A stretch of DNA of 64,000 nt, taken from the NCBI RefSeq assembly GCF_000143415.4, contig NW_003314302.1:1405208-1469207 (forward strand). The letters are read 5' to 3'. Position 1 is the first letter of the stretch. Each line of letters begins with the position of its first letter. The position numbers and the translations under genes are program-made. Shown one piece after another: positions 13,869 through 26,400 of this stretch. The notes beneath the pieces were generated by a model. The model saw nothing but the letters and a program-made list of their open reading frames with translations, searched no databases and was not told the DNA's origin. Origin of the DNA: Selaginella moellendorffii. Its lineage: Eukaryota; Plantae; Lycopodiophyta.

Positions 13869-13942
13869 GCAGGATTCCCCAGAAAGGGTGATCACCGGTA
13901 CAACTCGTCCTTGGGACAAAGACTTTGTTGGGGGGGAAGAAT

Positions 13943-14175
13943 TGTTAGGCGCCAGCTTTGACTATGTGGTCAACGTCGGTCAAAGGGAGGCTCAAGGGTA
14001 TATTAAGGCATGTTAGGGTAAGGGACTTAACCTACCCTAGGGCTCATAGTGGAGCGGCGGCATAATGGAGCTTTTGAGGTAGCTCGGGGGTGGTTGGGTG
14101 GTGAGGAACTTTAAGAGGTGGCATAGCATAGTCTAGGGCAATTAGATCTTTGTCTTTTTGCGCCGGATCATAACA
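13943..14175 (+). repeat. 3' LTR (about 233 bp) of the host gypsy element
   Basis: Begins TGTTA just after a polypurine tract and ends TAACA (inverted termini). Confidence 0.7.
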
Positions 14176-14357
14176 ATGGTGTTTGGCATGATTGTCAATC
14201 TAGTACTTTCTCACAAGTGAGACATTCTTTTAGCTTTGACATTCTTTTAGCTTTCAGAACTTGTCAACTCCTGGTGCTCGCGATGTAGATCTCAACTTGT
14301 AGAAATCACCATCCCAACTATCCTATGCATTTTAAAGTTATTGTCCTCTGTTTTGAT

Positions 14358-14500
14358 AAAAATCCATCATCAAGGTACTTGGTCTATTTTATTTTCTTTT
14401 TTCCAAAGGATTCCATCTGATACTGCAACGAGAAGCCAAGAATATGATTGTGGAGGCGTAAATTGCCTTGTTGCTCGTGTTCCTCTCAACTGAAAGGTAC
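14358..14500 (+). pseudogene. Inverted fragment of WAPL 3' exons
   Basis: Matches 19120-19290 in the opposite orientation (KSIIKV...QREAKNMIVEA*IALLLVFLSTE); contains a stop. Confidence 0.75.
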
Positions 14501-14884
14501 TACATCTCTACAAATAGAATTCAAAGTCTACCAAAGTCTACAGCTAGTTCCTACAAATATCTAGAGAGAGACTTACCCTCTATATATAGGAATTGTATGC
14601 CAGGAAATAAGCATTATAGCAACTTATCATCCTTTAGTTGTTTGCGACTACTCAGTATCCAAGCATGTTGAGGTTGTATGCTATCTAGTTGCTTGTGCCT
14701 CACTAGCAACTATTGCATCTTGTTCATTCTGAAAGGCCTCAATCTGCACCTAGCTTGAACACTAGCTCTCACCTCGGACACCTTCAAAGCCAGTTGCTCT
14801 TTGAAGCTTGTAGGCCTCTGCTGCCTTCGCCACCAAAGAATTGCTATCTTCACTTAGCAGTGTCATCAACCATGAGAGTCACAG

Positions 14885-16430
14885 TGTATCCAAGGTATTT
14901 TGCACACGGTTCTACTTGTGATGCATCATCTCAATGGCCGACAAAGTGATCGTAAGTCTATCACCAACTTTCTTGTTGTGAACCATACAGGTTATGTATG
15001 GCTGACGGGAGCTTATCAGTGGACTCCGCAGCCAAGAAAAGCCGTGCAGCAACAATGGACGAGTCTTCCAATCAGGATCGAAACGAAGCTCCAGCCGAGA
15101 CCTAGCGAAAGTTGGAAGAGACAGAGGCAGCCGAGCAAAGGGTATGTGGGAGTGTGAGCAGGGTACTTGGCCTATCTAACATCAGCTCTCATTCCCGTGA
15201 TCTTAGTATCTGTTTATTAAGGCTTGCAAGCAGCTGAAACATAAGGCTGAAAATGTCTGGGACAGAGTTTATCATAGGCACTAAGTCAGATAATACGATA
15301 AAAAAAGGGCCTTACAATCAAGTGATCACTTTTTTAATTAATTGGCTTAGGATGTAAAGGATAGGATCTTAGCATTTTCGGATTGCCTTTTTTGGAAAGC
15401 TCACTGCTGAGTTTTAATTGTCACCATGGTGGCATTGAAAACTTCATAAAGACTTTTCTCGGCATGTACCGCTCCATGTTCCTCCCTCCTATGTTATTCT
15501 TTGACGCCACTCCAATCTTAAATCGTGTAAGCATGTTTCACTTTTCTCACAGATCTTTTTCTTTCTCAATGGTGTTCTTGCAGGCTTCTACAGGCCAAAC
15601 CTGGTATATATCTCTGTGCTGAGATTGTCCAAGGTAGCCGGCTACATGACCAAGCTTGTTACAATAATTGTGATCGTTTCATTTGTTTCGTGGAATGTCC
15701 TCCCGGTGTTGGCATTTCTAGCTTCTGTGGCTTACTGGCTCCAGGTATTTGCTCTTGACTACAAAAATGTTTCCTTTCTAAAATCCTTTCTCGCACAAAT
15801 ACTACATCAAGACAATTCGCAAGCTCCCAAGACTAATGGAGATCCAGTCCGCTGCCGTCGTTCACCGCTTTGAGGAGTTCCTAAGCGGTTTCGCCACGAT
15901 ACGAGCATTCCACTGGGAGCCACAGTGTCTCGAGAGATTGTTCCACCTAGTCAACCTAAACAACTGTCCAATGGAGTTTTCTGACTCTCGGGATCGGCAT
16001 CCTTGCCGACGTTTGCTTCTGCGCTTTGATGCTCCTGCTCTTTGCCTTCCCCAAAAATCCAGGTACGTTGTTTCCTTTTGCAAAACTCTCTCTTAGGATG
16101 GATGAAAGCTCACGGTTCCAAATGCCAGGTTCGGCTGGAGTTGCTGTTACGTACGCATTGAGCTTGACAACAGTGTTGACATGGACACTGTGGAGTCGAG
16201 TTGACACCGAAAAGAGAATAATCTCGGCCGAGCTTCTACTCCAGTATACACATGGCCGCAACTAGGCAATCTGGAACTCAAAGAAGTCAAGGTTTCTATC
16301 ACAGCTCTTGCCTTAAAGTTTGTTTGATCGTGTCTAATAGCTCTTTGTTTCCCAATGTGATCATCGCAGGTTCAGTACAAACCAAACGCACCGCCGGCAC
16401 TTTGCGGGATCTCATGCAAGTTTCCAGCCG
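14885..16430 (+). pseudogene. Partial, deletion-ridden copy of the ABCC transporter
   Basis: Colinear with 23850-25470 including introns; many deletions and frameshifts. Confidence 0.88.
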
Positions 16431-16799
16431 TGGAAACTTGCAGTAAGCATGGAGTCTTGCAGTCCGCGAGAATGAAGCGGCAACTGGAGTTAGTCCGTGG
16501 CGCTTCTGCGGAGCTCTTCCGGAGGGTAAGCTCGTCTTGAGGGAATCGCTTCGGATCCTCCAAGACGAGAGGCCTGACGATTCGGTGATGGAAAACAGGT
16601 GTGGCTGCACGGATCTGGCGCTCGACTGATGAAAGACCACTTGTCTGATTTCGGCATTTACCGTTGCCGGGCATTTTATCGTGTGATTCCCTCGGGTGGT
16701 CTCTCTGGACAGAATGTCTACTATTGTCAACAGGTACGCTTTCTTCGTTACATCTCTCCACTCCAGCGCCTAAATCCACGCTCCATTCCTTCGGATCCA

Positions 16800-17160
16800 T
16801 CCAGGCGAATGACGCGCAGCTCCAAGCCAAGGCCAAGGCCGGGATCGATGCTCTCACCGCCTCGGAGGCCACCATAGCTCGCCTCGCTGACAGTTTCCTC
16901 GTCACTGACAAGTAAGAAATTCGAAGCTAGGAAAATACGTGCATGCCCGGAATGCCAGACGCTCATCGAGCACCACGATCTCATCAAGCTCCTTAGCAAC
17001 GTCCACAACAATCTCAACACAACGTGTATATCCTTCCTCCACACAGAGAAAGGCTCCTGCCATGGTGCGTTTTGCTCGCAGGACGTGGAGGGGATGATGT
17101 CCATTTCAGTCGAAGCTGCAGAGCATCGCTCAACGACGACAGGGAACTCGTGACGACTTA
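16800..17160 (+). pseudogene. SEC6: Exocyst SEC6 N-terminal fragment
   Basis: QANDAQL..QAKAGIDALTASEATIARLADSFLVTDK / CPECQTLIEHHDLIKLLSNVHNNLNTT / DVEGMMSISVEAA resembles the plant SEC6 N-terminus. No start codon; internal deletion. Confidence 0.75.
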
Positions 17161-17574
17161 ACTCTCAGCTCCTACTCGTTGCTAACAACGTTACTTTCGT
17201 TCGAGTGGTGGAGATGAGTGCCGGTCCAGCTCCCTCGGGTTGATCCAGCATCTACACTACCTGCAGTGAGAGATAAATGGCACAGGTTCCGAAAGCATTT
17301 GCTCAAACTTGTCCCGCGTCCGATTCACATCCTCAAAGTAGTCCCTGGAGAGGCATAACGTGAGGAAGAAAATGTAACGAGGGGAGGAAACAATGTGTCG
17401 CTGACCGCGCCTCCCTCCGTAAACTGATAAAACCTTTGACGCCATATTCTGTTATATTCTTGGGCTCTCCTTTTACTGGAGGAAGGTAGTCAACTCTGGC
17501 AAAAACGAAGAAAGCGTTTGTTACAACGTAGCCGTCAGAAGCGAGCATCACAGCCGTTAGAAGTAACTGATCTG

Positions 17575-18594
17575 GGAAAATGATTTTGAAGAAGTAAAAA
17601 TCGACAGAAGCTGGAGTTCCATAGCTGAAGTAAAATTCGAGTGGATAGAAGCTTGAGCTCCATTAGGAAAAATCGATTGGATAGAAGCTCGAGCTCCATT
17701 GCTGAAGTAAAAATATCCAAACATTTTTTTACACATCGAAGTCTTTTCTTTCTTGTGGACTACAGTTTCTACAGTTGAAAGAGAACTCTCTCACTGGTAG
17801 TGCAAACATCTCCAGCGTCGACTCTCTCCCAAGTCTCCCAAGTCTAACTTCGTTGTCTCGCAGCGCTACCATGGTAAACTCTCGATTCAATCCTTCTCTC
17901 CTGGGAACCACGGCACCATTCACAAAAACCTTGCGATTGAGCGCCGCGACCATCTGTGCATACGACCAAACACCACCAAAGGTATCTCGCACTCTTCTTC
18001 GCAAAGTTTTATAGCCTCGGCCAAGTCTGTCGATGAAAAACTAGTTGAGGTTTTGAAATTACCAGGATCAGACGTCCACTAAAATCTTTATCATCGATTT
18101 CTGAGCCCAATCCTGTAAGATTTCTTCTGTAAGGAGAGGCATGGAAACAAGGATTTAATACCAGTCGGTCCATTGTGTCCGAGTATAACTACTTTGTGAT
18201 CTTTGGGAGCATCAAGGACGAGCTCCTGGATCTTCTCAGCACTACCTTTCATACATGAAATGCCAAATCTTCAAAGAATGAAAAAGGAAGTAAAGTTCTT
18301 ACAACGAAGAAAGGAGAGTTTTGCCGTAAACTTCATCCCATCGCAAATGGCCTTGCTCCAACTACACTAAGTTTTAAGTGACGATAATCCACACGCTTGA
18401 ATCCTACAAACGCCAGGCCTGGTGTAACACCCAAGAGATCGAGAATGATTTCTCCAGACATCCACACCTGTAAAGCTCATGCTCTTTTGTCAGCTGTGGC
18501 AACCATGCTACCATTCCAAAAAAGAGTCTAGAGAAAATCAAGAAAAATAGTTACCACATCGCCCACAACTACAATTTCGCTCAAGATCTACCAT
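17575..18594 (-). pseudogene. Inverted decayed copy of the metallophosphoesterase gene and its 3' repeats
   Basis: Colinear in reverse with 30494-32100 from the ATG (18594) onward; lacks the GDFG/GNHD exon and has frameshifts. Confidence 0.85.
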
Positions 18595-18818
18595 TGCTAC
18601 ACTTGATCTACGCTTAGAACCCACCATATTTTTAAATGAAATTCTTGCTTAGGATCAATATAGTCAATGAAGGTCAATGAAAGTTAATGAATAGTCAATA
18701 AAAGTCTATAAAGATCCTCTGCCAAGTCAGAAACCAGTTTTGTCTCCATGATCTGGTATTTACATGGTAGCATTCGACCTGAATAAATGGCGATTTTCTA
18801 TTCCATTGAGGTCAGAAT

Positions 18819-21770
18819 TTACAAATCAATCGCAGGTTGTTTTAACGAATTTATCACCTCCTGGACAGCCGCGTGAGCCTCGGCAGAGATCATATTTAGC
18901 GACAGATGGAACGCCTGCAAGTTTTATCACAAAGAGTGATGAGCTCTAAAGAGACCGAAAAGAAAGCGTGGAAGTTGTTATAGAGTATACGCACCACGAA
19001 TCTCTCCAAAACGGGAACTAAGGATAATAGTCCTTCTCCCGGCAATCTCTCGGCGATTGCTTGTCGTGCTCTGTCACTGCCACCACAGAAGTTAAAGTTG
19101 CTTAAATCTATGAGAAAGCAGTACCTTTCAGTGGAGAGGAACGCGAGCAACAAGGCTGTGTAAGCCTCCACAATCATATTCTCGGCTTCTCGTTGTCCTC
19201 TTTGTACAGTATCATCATCCTCGACCTGGAATTATTGAATAACTTATGGAAGAAACAAAAGAAAACAGATCAAGTACCTTGATGATGGATTTTTCTCTCG
19301 CTTCAGCAGCTTCCCCGGAACCTTGTTTGCTTAAAAAGAGGGAGCACAATAACGTTAAAATGCCCCTTCCATTTCCCGAGGCTATATGGGATGGCAGTTT
19401 CAAGTCCAAAGCTGCAAGCTGAGATCTGCATAACAAACACGAGAAGTTAACAAGTTCTGAAAGCTAAGAATCTCTCACCTGTTACTCTTGTCTTTCTCTA
19501 CTAGATTGACAAGCATGCCAAGTACCGTCACAAGGAGATCCAAGCTCATCTCTTCTTGTGACTCGCGAGGATAGTTTGACACGAGGAGCGAGGCGACAGA
19601 GAAAATCCCGTTGCATGCTCCAACTTGCTTGCATCCAGTAGCATTATCATTCGTCAAGTTCATCAGAACCTAGAATGTATTTCAGTGATTATTAACCGGG
19701 GAAAACGAAAAACGACGGCATACCTTGACAGCCGAAAGTAAGCATTCTTCTTCTAGCTTGCATCTAGCAGAAGAGCCACCAGCTTCGTGATTCTCAAAAG
19801 TTGGATGAAGGGGTTCTACTCTGGACTTGTGTCGATGCTTCGGTTTACCAAATTGAAACTTGATGTCATAATCTGGCTCGTCAAAATCGTATGGATCTTG
19901 TGAGAAGATATCGTCACTCGCGTTGTCCGTCGTCATAGAAGTATCACTAGAAAATTTGAAGCGCCTGTCGTTGTCGGAAACCTTCGTTTGAATCATTTTC
20001 TGGCAGTTACTCGTCAGGGATGCCTTTCGTTGCGTGTTGATAATTTTAGCTTTCTGCAGAGCATTTCTCAGCTTGAGCTCCTTTTGGTTTGCAGATTTAG
20101 AAGCATCTCTTCCTACAGAAGACAATAAACCACAGAGACAAAAGAACGAGACAACGCACCTTTCAAGGCCGGCCTTTGCTTTTGAATGGCATCATCTTTG
20201 CAGGTTATTGTCTCTTTCGTGTTTGAAATTTCCAAACTAGAGTCGACTTCTTTGCCAGCCGTTCTATCTTGACTCGAGATATCTGCTTACAAAAAATTGT
20301 GCTGGATGCAAAGAAGAAAAGAAGTTGGTACCTTGCAAAGTATCAATTGCTTTTATAACGATTCCAATGAAGCCCTCTGGCAAAAAAATAGAATTTTGAT
20401 GGTGCTTCAGTCTCAAAAGATAAGCCTGGATATAAAAATGCTTAGATAACATGAACGCAGACAAAAACAATCCGCACACCTGATTTTCTTCGCTTAAAAA
20501 TGTAACGTTTTCCATCACCTTCAAACATCTTAGTAGTAAACTGACAGTATGGTCACTCCGAGTCCTTCCCTTCTGAAACGAAAGTAATAAGAGCAAGCAA
20601 TTCCAACAGAAACTCTCACTGACCATCAAATTTGTAAGACATGTCGCAACAACATTACAGACAACGTCCAAACCACCCAGCTCGCGAAGCCTTTCTTTGA
20701 ATTGTCCTCCAACCTTTGTCACCGCACCACTATTGTCTACAAAAGTTTTTAGAAACCTCAACCACAATAAACATGAAAGCCATCACGTACCATCTAGAAC
20801 GACAGCAGAAAGGCACGCTCTCTCTAACGTACGCAATGCCAGTGACTTCGGAGTTAGTTGATTCGTTGTCACAGCGTCACTTGAAGTTTTCGTGGCACGC
20901 AACTTCTCATAAACTTTAGCCACAATATTCATCCCATCGCTGCTACTGACTGTATCAGTCTGGCTTGTAACAAGCTTGAGAAGAAAGCGAATACACGGGT
21001 CGGAGTCCATCACACTCGCATCATGCCCCTGACAAACAACAAAAACGAAGGAAAAAAATATCATTTAGAGTGTACGAGGGGTAGAGAAAACGCTTACATC
21101 ACTAGCAAGCACGTAAAAAACAGCTGAGGCAGCCAAGGACAACGCCGGATCGCCTGTTGGTAAAGCTACAATAGCATCTACTAAAGTTTTCGCAATCCTG
21201 ATAAGAAAGAAAGTGCTTGTGATCAAACAACACAAAGAAGAGGAAAAGAAGAAAACTTTACCCGTGAGATCGAAGAAAGCGTCTTTGCTGGAGCGAAGCA
21301 CAGAGCGAGAGAATGGAGATCAAGCTGGCCTGCTGGACTTGGAGAGGCTGTCCTTCGCGCAAGCCATCCATGGCAAAATTCACCTCGTCAACCTGTTCCA
21401 TCATCTCGCCCGATTCCTGGGCCTCCATGAGCGTCGAGTTTGGAGGAGCCGAGAATCCCCATCGCCGGCTCAAGCTCAGGCCCACTTGCCTCTGCAAGCG
21501 ATTCAATTGCTTGGCCCCGGTGGCCCTGCCCTCGAATTTCTCCACCTGGAAGCTCTCCTCCTGCTGCTGCTGCTTCCTCTTCTTGGGCACATTCTCCTCG
21601 ATCTCCAGCGACGACCAGTTGGACAAATCCTGCGACGACACAAACCCTGCCTCCTGCGAGCTGCTCCACGCCGATTCCTGCGAGCTGCTCCAAAAGGATT
21701 CCTGCGAGCTAGAATCTCCCCGGAGAGAATCGCTACCCCTGTGCCGCCGCTGGTACGTGCGGATTATCAT
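18819..21770 (-). CDS. WAPL: Wings apart-like cohesin release factor (multi-exon)
   Basis: MIIRTYQRR start; STLMEAQESGEMMEQVDEVNFAMDGL; FKERLRELGGLD; LMNLTNDN; VLGMLVNLVEKD; EAENMIVEAYTALLLAFLSTE; LVPVLERFV/AFHLSLNMIS. GT-AG introns. Confidence 0.92.
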
Positions 21771-22063
21771 CCTGGCCACAAACCCTAGCCGCTGCCGCCC
21801 CGCCCCGCGATCCTCCTCTCCTCGCTACCGGAGGCGGTGCATTCTAGCCGCAGTGCCGAGCTCTCGGCTCTCTCGCCACGATCGAGCGCCGATCGAGCAT
21901 CCGCCCGCGCTCCTCCCCCCCCAAACAAATTTTGTGAAACAAGGAAAAAGAATATTCCAAAAGTATCTTACATTCATCGTATATTCTTTAAAACATTCTT
22001 TTAGGGCTATCGGGAAGTTTTAGAACGTTTAAAGCTTACATTTGGTACTTAGGGTTCTAACCA

Positions 22064-25000
22064 ATGAGAGAGCCTTTCCTCCAGAATGAAGGTACGTATT
22101 CACTCGCGAAAGAGGAGGAGAAGATCGTCACGCCTCACGCGACCGCCTCCGCTATCAGCATTGCGTTCTTCCGCTGGCTGGATCCACTCTTCGCCGCTGG
22201 TTCCAAGCGGCCTCTCCAGCTCGAAGATCTCCCGTGGCTTGGCGAGAGAAATTCCGCGGCATTCCTCTTCCAGAGATTGCGCGGGAGCTCGATCTGGGAT
22301 GCGATTTGGCGGCCGAATCGCAAGCTAGTGATCGCGAGCGGGATCGTCTCACTCTTGCACGTCTTGGCTTCCTACGCGGGCCCTTTCCTGGTGGCGGACT
22401 TCGTCGCGGCTTACGGCACTTCCCCAGGAAAGGGATTCGCGCTGGTGTCGGGGTTTCTTCTCGCCAAGATCAGCGCCAACTTGCTCGAGAGGCAGCGGCA
22501 TTTCATGCTGTGCCTGCTGGGACTGCGCGTCGAATCCTCCCTGGCGTGCCATGTCTTCCACAAGGCGCTCAAGAGCTCGAGGGTTTCGACTGGCGAGGTG
22601 GTGAACTTGGTCACCTCGGATGTCCGGCAAGTCGGGTGGTTTTGCTGGGAGATCCACAGCGTTTGGACGCTACCACTCGAAGCACTGCTCGGTTTGATCA
22701 TCCTCTACAGAGACGTCGGGCTTGCGAGCTTTGCGAGCGTTGGAGCGCTGATCGCTTGCACACTCTGCAACGTTCCACTCGCAAGTATTCAAGAGAAGTC
22801 GCAAGGCAAGATGATGCGAGAGCGGGATTGCCGGATGAGAGCTACTGCCGAGTCTCTGCGAAGCATGAGAACTCTCAAGCTTCATGGATGGGAGGAAAGT
22901 TTCTTGCGCAAGATGGAGCGCCTCCGAGCTGCCGAGTATGCCCATCTCTCCAGGTACTCTTACGTCCAAGCGTTGTCAAAGTACGTTTTTGCCACTGCTC
23001 CGTCGGCCATGGCTGTGGTTGCGGTCGCGTTGATGGCAAAGCTCCAGCCGGGGAAGATCCTTTCGGCAGTCGCAGTGTTTCGGATGCTGCAAAGCATGCA
23101 GGACGGGATCCCGGATTTCATTAGCTCTCTGGTGGGAGTTTGTGTCTCCATGCAGCGGTTGTCCAAGTTTTTCGAGGCCAGCGAAGTGGAATCGAGGCCA
23201 GAGTTTACAGGTTGTGGTGGTGGTGGTGCTGCTGCTGCGATCGAAGTAAGAGCGGCCAGTTTCAGCTGGGACAGGGATCCAGAGCATCCAACTTTGAAAG
23301 ACATAAACTTGGAGGTTCCCAAGAGATGTTTCGTGGCGATCACTGGAGCCGTTGGTTCTGCCAAGTCGAGCCTCCTTTCGTGTATCCTGGGACAGATGCC
23401 AAAGCTTTGTGGAGAGGTATACGATTTGATATCCTTACTTAACAGGCTCTGTCACAAAATAAATAATTCTTTCAGGTGATTGTGAGAGGCACAACTGCTT
23501 ACGTTTCTCAGTGGGCATGGATACAGCATGCTACCGTGAAGGAGAACATCTTGTTCGGGAGCGAGATGAACAAGGAAAAGTATGACAAGATCATCTCTTC
23601 TTGCCAGCTCAAGAGAGACTTGGAGATGCTAAGCCATGGCGACGAGACACGCATTGGCGATCGAGGTGTGACACTGAGTGGGGGACAAAAGCAAAGACTC
23701 CAGCTCGCAAGAGCCATGTACAAGGATGCTGATATCTATCTCCTGGATGATCCTCTCAGTGCTCTCGACACTCAAACATCCAGGGACATTCTCAAGGTAA
23801 GTGCGAACTCCCTGTCTCTTTTGTTCACGAGTTTAAGCACTTTTGCAGGAATGTATCCAAGGGATTCTGTGCACGAAGACCGTTCTACTTGTGACGCATC
23901 ATCTTCAGTCCATCCAAATGGCCGACAAAGTGATCGTAAGTCTGTCAGCAATTTTCAGGTAGAACTTGTTTCGATCTTGTCGTGGACCATGCAGGTAATG
24001 GCGAACGGGAGCTTATCAGTGGACTGCGCAGAGCAAAGCCGAGCGGCAGCAGAGAGTGCAACAATGGATGAGTCTTCCAATCAGGATCGAAAGGAAGATC
24101 CAGCCGAGATCCAGCAAAAGTTGGAAGAGCCAGAGGCAGCCGAGCAAAGGGAGTGTGGAAGTGTGAGCGGGGGCGTCTACTGGGCCTATCTAACATCAGT
24201 CTATCGAGGAGCTCTTATTCCAGTGATCTTAGTGTCACTGGCTATTTATCAAGGCTTGCAAGCAGCCGCCACATGGGAAGTTGCGAGGCCGAGAACTTCC
24301 AAGGCAAAGCTTGTCATGGTTTTCGGTTTGCTCTCTTTGGGAAGCTCGCTGGCGTCACTCTGCCGAGTCTTGCTTGTCGCCGTGGTGGGATTGAAAACTT
24401 CACAGAAATTCTTTCTCGGCATGTACCGCTCGGTGTTCCTCGCTCCTATGTCGTTCTTCGACACTACTCCGATCGGACGTATCTTAAATCGTGTAAGCAT
24501 GTCTTTCAGCTCTCTCGCTAATCTTTTTCTTGCTCGATGCTGTGTGCTTGCAGGCTTCTACAGACCAAACCTCGGTAGATATCTCTGTGCCGCTGAGATT
24601 GTCCGAGCTAGCCGGCTACATGACCGAGCTCGTTACGATAATTGTCATCGTTTCATTTGTTTCGTGGCATGTCCTCCCGGTCTTCGCGTTTCTAGCTTCT
24701 GTGGCTTACTGCCTCCAGGTATTTGCTCTTGGCTACAATATTATTTCCTTTCTAAACTCCTTCCACGCAGAGATACTACATCAAGACAATTCGCGAGCTC
24801 CCAAGACTAATGGAGATCCAGCGCGCTCCCATCGTTCACCACTTTGAGGAGTCCCTGAGCGGCCTCGCCACGATACGAGCATTCCACCGGGAGCCACAGT
24901 TTCTCGAGAGATTGTTCCACCTCGTCGACGTAAACAACCGTCCACAGTTCCACAACTTTGCATCCATGGAGTTTCTGGCTCTCAGGATCGGCGTCCTTGC

Positions 25001-26297
25001 CGACGTTTTCTTCTGCGCTTTGATGCTCCTGCTCGTTGCTTCCCCCAAAAGTCCAGGTACGTTGTTTCCTTTTGCAAAACTCTCTCTTAGGATGGATGAA
25101 AGCCCACGGTTCCAAATGCCAGGTTCGGCAGGAGTTGCTGTTACGTACGCCTTGAGCTTGACAACAGTGTTGACATGGACACTGTGGAGTCGAGTTGACA
25201 CCGAAAAGAGAATAATCTCGGCCGAGCGTCTACTCCAGTATACACAACTCCATTATCAATCTCCACGGAGAGGGAAGCATGTTCAGCCTGCTGAGGATTG
25301 GCCGCAACTAGGCACTCTGGAACTCAAAGAAGTCAAGGTTTCCATCACAGCTCTTTCCTTAAAGTTTGAACGTCGGAGGCATGTTCTAAAGCTTTTTGTT
25401 TTTGTTCGCAGGTTCGGTACAAACCAAGCGCACCGATGGCACTTTGCGGGATCTCATGCAAGTTCCCAGCCGGGAAGAAAGTGGGCATCTTGGGACGCAC
25501 TGGCAGTGGAAAGTCGACACTCGTGCAGGCAATTTTCCGCACAGTGGAGCTCACTTCTGGCCAAATTCTCATCGATAGTCTCGATATCTCTGCAGTGGAC
25601 GTGCATCTCTTGCGTTCCAAGCTGAGTATAATCCCGCAGGACCCCGTTCTATTCGAAGGAAGCATACGTTACAACTTGGATCCACTGAGTACGTTCTCGG
25701 ATGATCGAATATGGGAGGTATAATATATGCATATGAACCATGGCTCTTGTAATGTGTGAATAACTTGGAGTTCTTCACACAGGTTTTGAGGAAATGTGAG
25801 CTCATGACTGCTGTGGCTTCCAAGGGAGCTGGTCTCGATTCACTCGGTAACGAAGTTTTCTCATTTGATCTAGGATGGATCTTTCGTTTGTGATGTTCTT
25901 TTGAAGTTTCGGGAGATGGCGAGAACTGGAGCATGGGACAAAGGCAACTCTTGTGCCTTGGCAGAGTGTTGCTGAAGCAATCAAGGATCGTTGTGTTGGA
26001 TGAAGCGACGGCATCGATCGACAGTGCCACCGAGAGAATCATACAAACTCGTATAGCTGAAAACTTCCAGGAGTGCACTGTGGTGACGATAGCACACCGC
26101 TTGGCAACAATCCTTTCCAACACTGATCTAGTTGCCGTGTTGCAAAATGGTAAATCCGCGATTGATCCTCTCTTTTTTACTCTCAACTCAATTGTCTTTG
26201 TGGATTTGCAGGCAAGCTTGTGGAATTCGATACACCACCTGTGCTTTCGAGCAATCCATCCTCAGCGTTTGCGACACTGTTGAGAAACCATCCCTGA
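22064..26297 (+). CDS. ABCC/MRP-type ABC transporter, short form without TMD0 (multi-exon)
   Basis: TMD1-NBD1 ([14 protein letters not shown]), then TMD2 ([13 protein letters not shown]) and NBD2 ([30 protein letters not shown]). Stop at 26295-26297. Confidence 0.92.
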
Positions 26298-26400
26298 GAT
26301 CATATATAAGTTATAAGTCTTTTCGTCACCTTTTTCCATAGCCTATGCCTTTTCGTTCTACAGCTTATAAGTTGAAACTTCGCGTAGACCTAGAAAGACG

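Larger units (their letters stand above)
3470..14175 (+). mobile_element. Ty3/gypsy LTR retrotransposon, 5'-truncated, decayed pol, interrupted by a nested element
   Basis: Protease tail (DLILGMPWL), RT (DLRSGYHQI, MPFGLTNA, LDDILVFS), RNase H (CNASG, EQELL, VADALSR) and integrase (H-x6-H...CEFC, SMDF, GPY). Frameshifts and stops are present. PPT at 13930-13941 and a 3' LTR. Confidence 0.92.

Noticed and set aside
14501-14850. Possible solo LTR (TATATA-containing) between the WAPL' and ABCC' fragments; also a small insert at 15241-15375
   Set aside because: No clear TG...CA termini or TSD could be established.
21213-23442. Long overlapping alternative-frame and antisense ORFs over WAPL exon 1 and ABCC
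   Set aside because: Shadow ORFs of GC-rich coding sequence with no motifs; the same applies to those over CYP78A, PPR, eIF3g and WOX.
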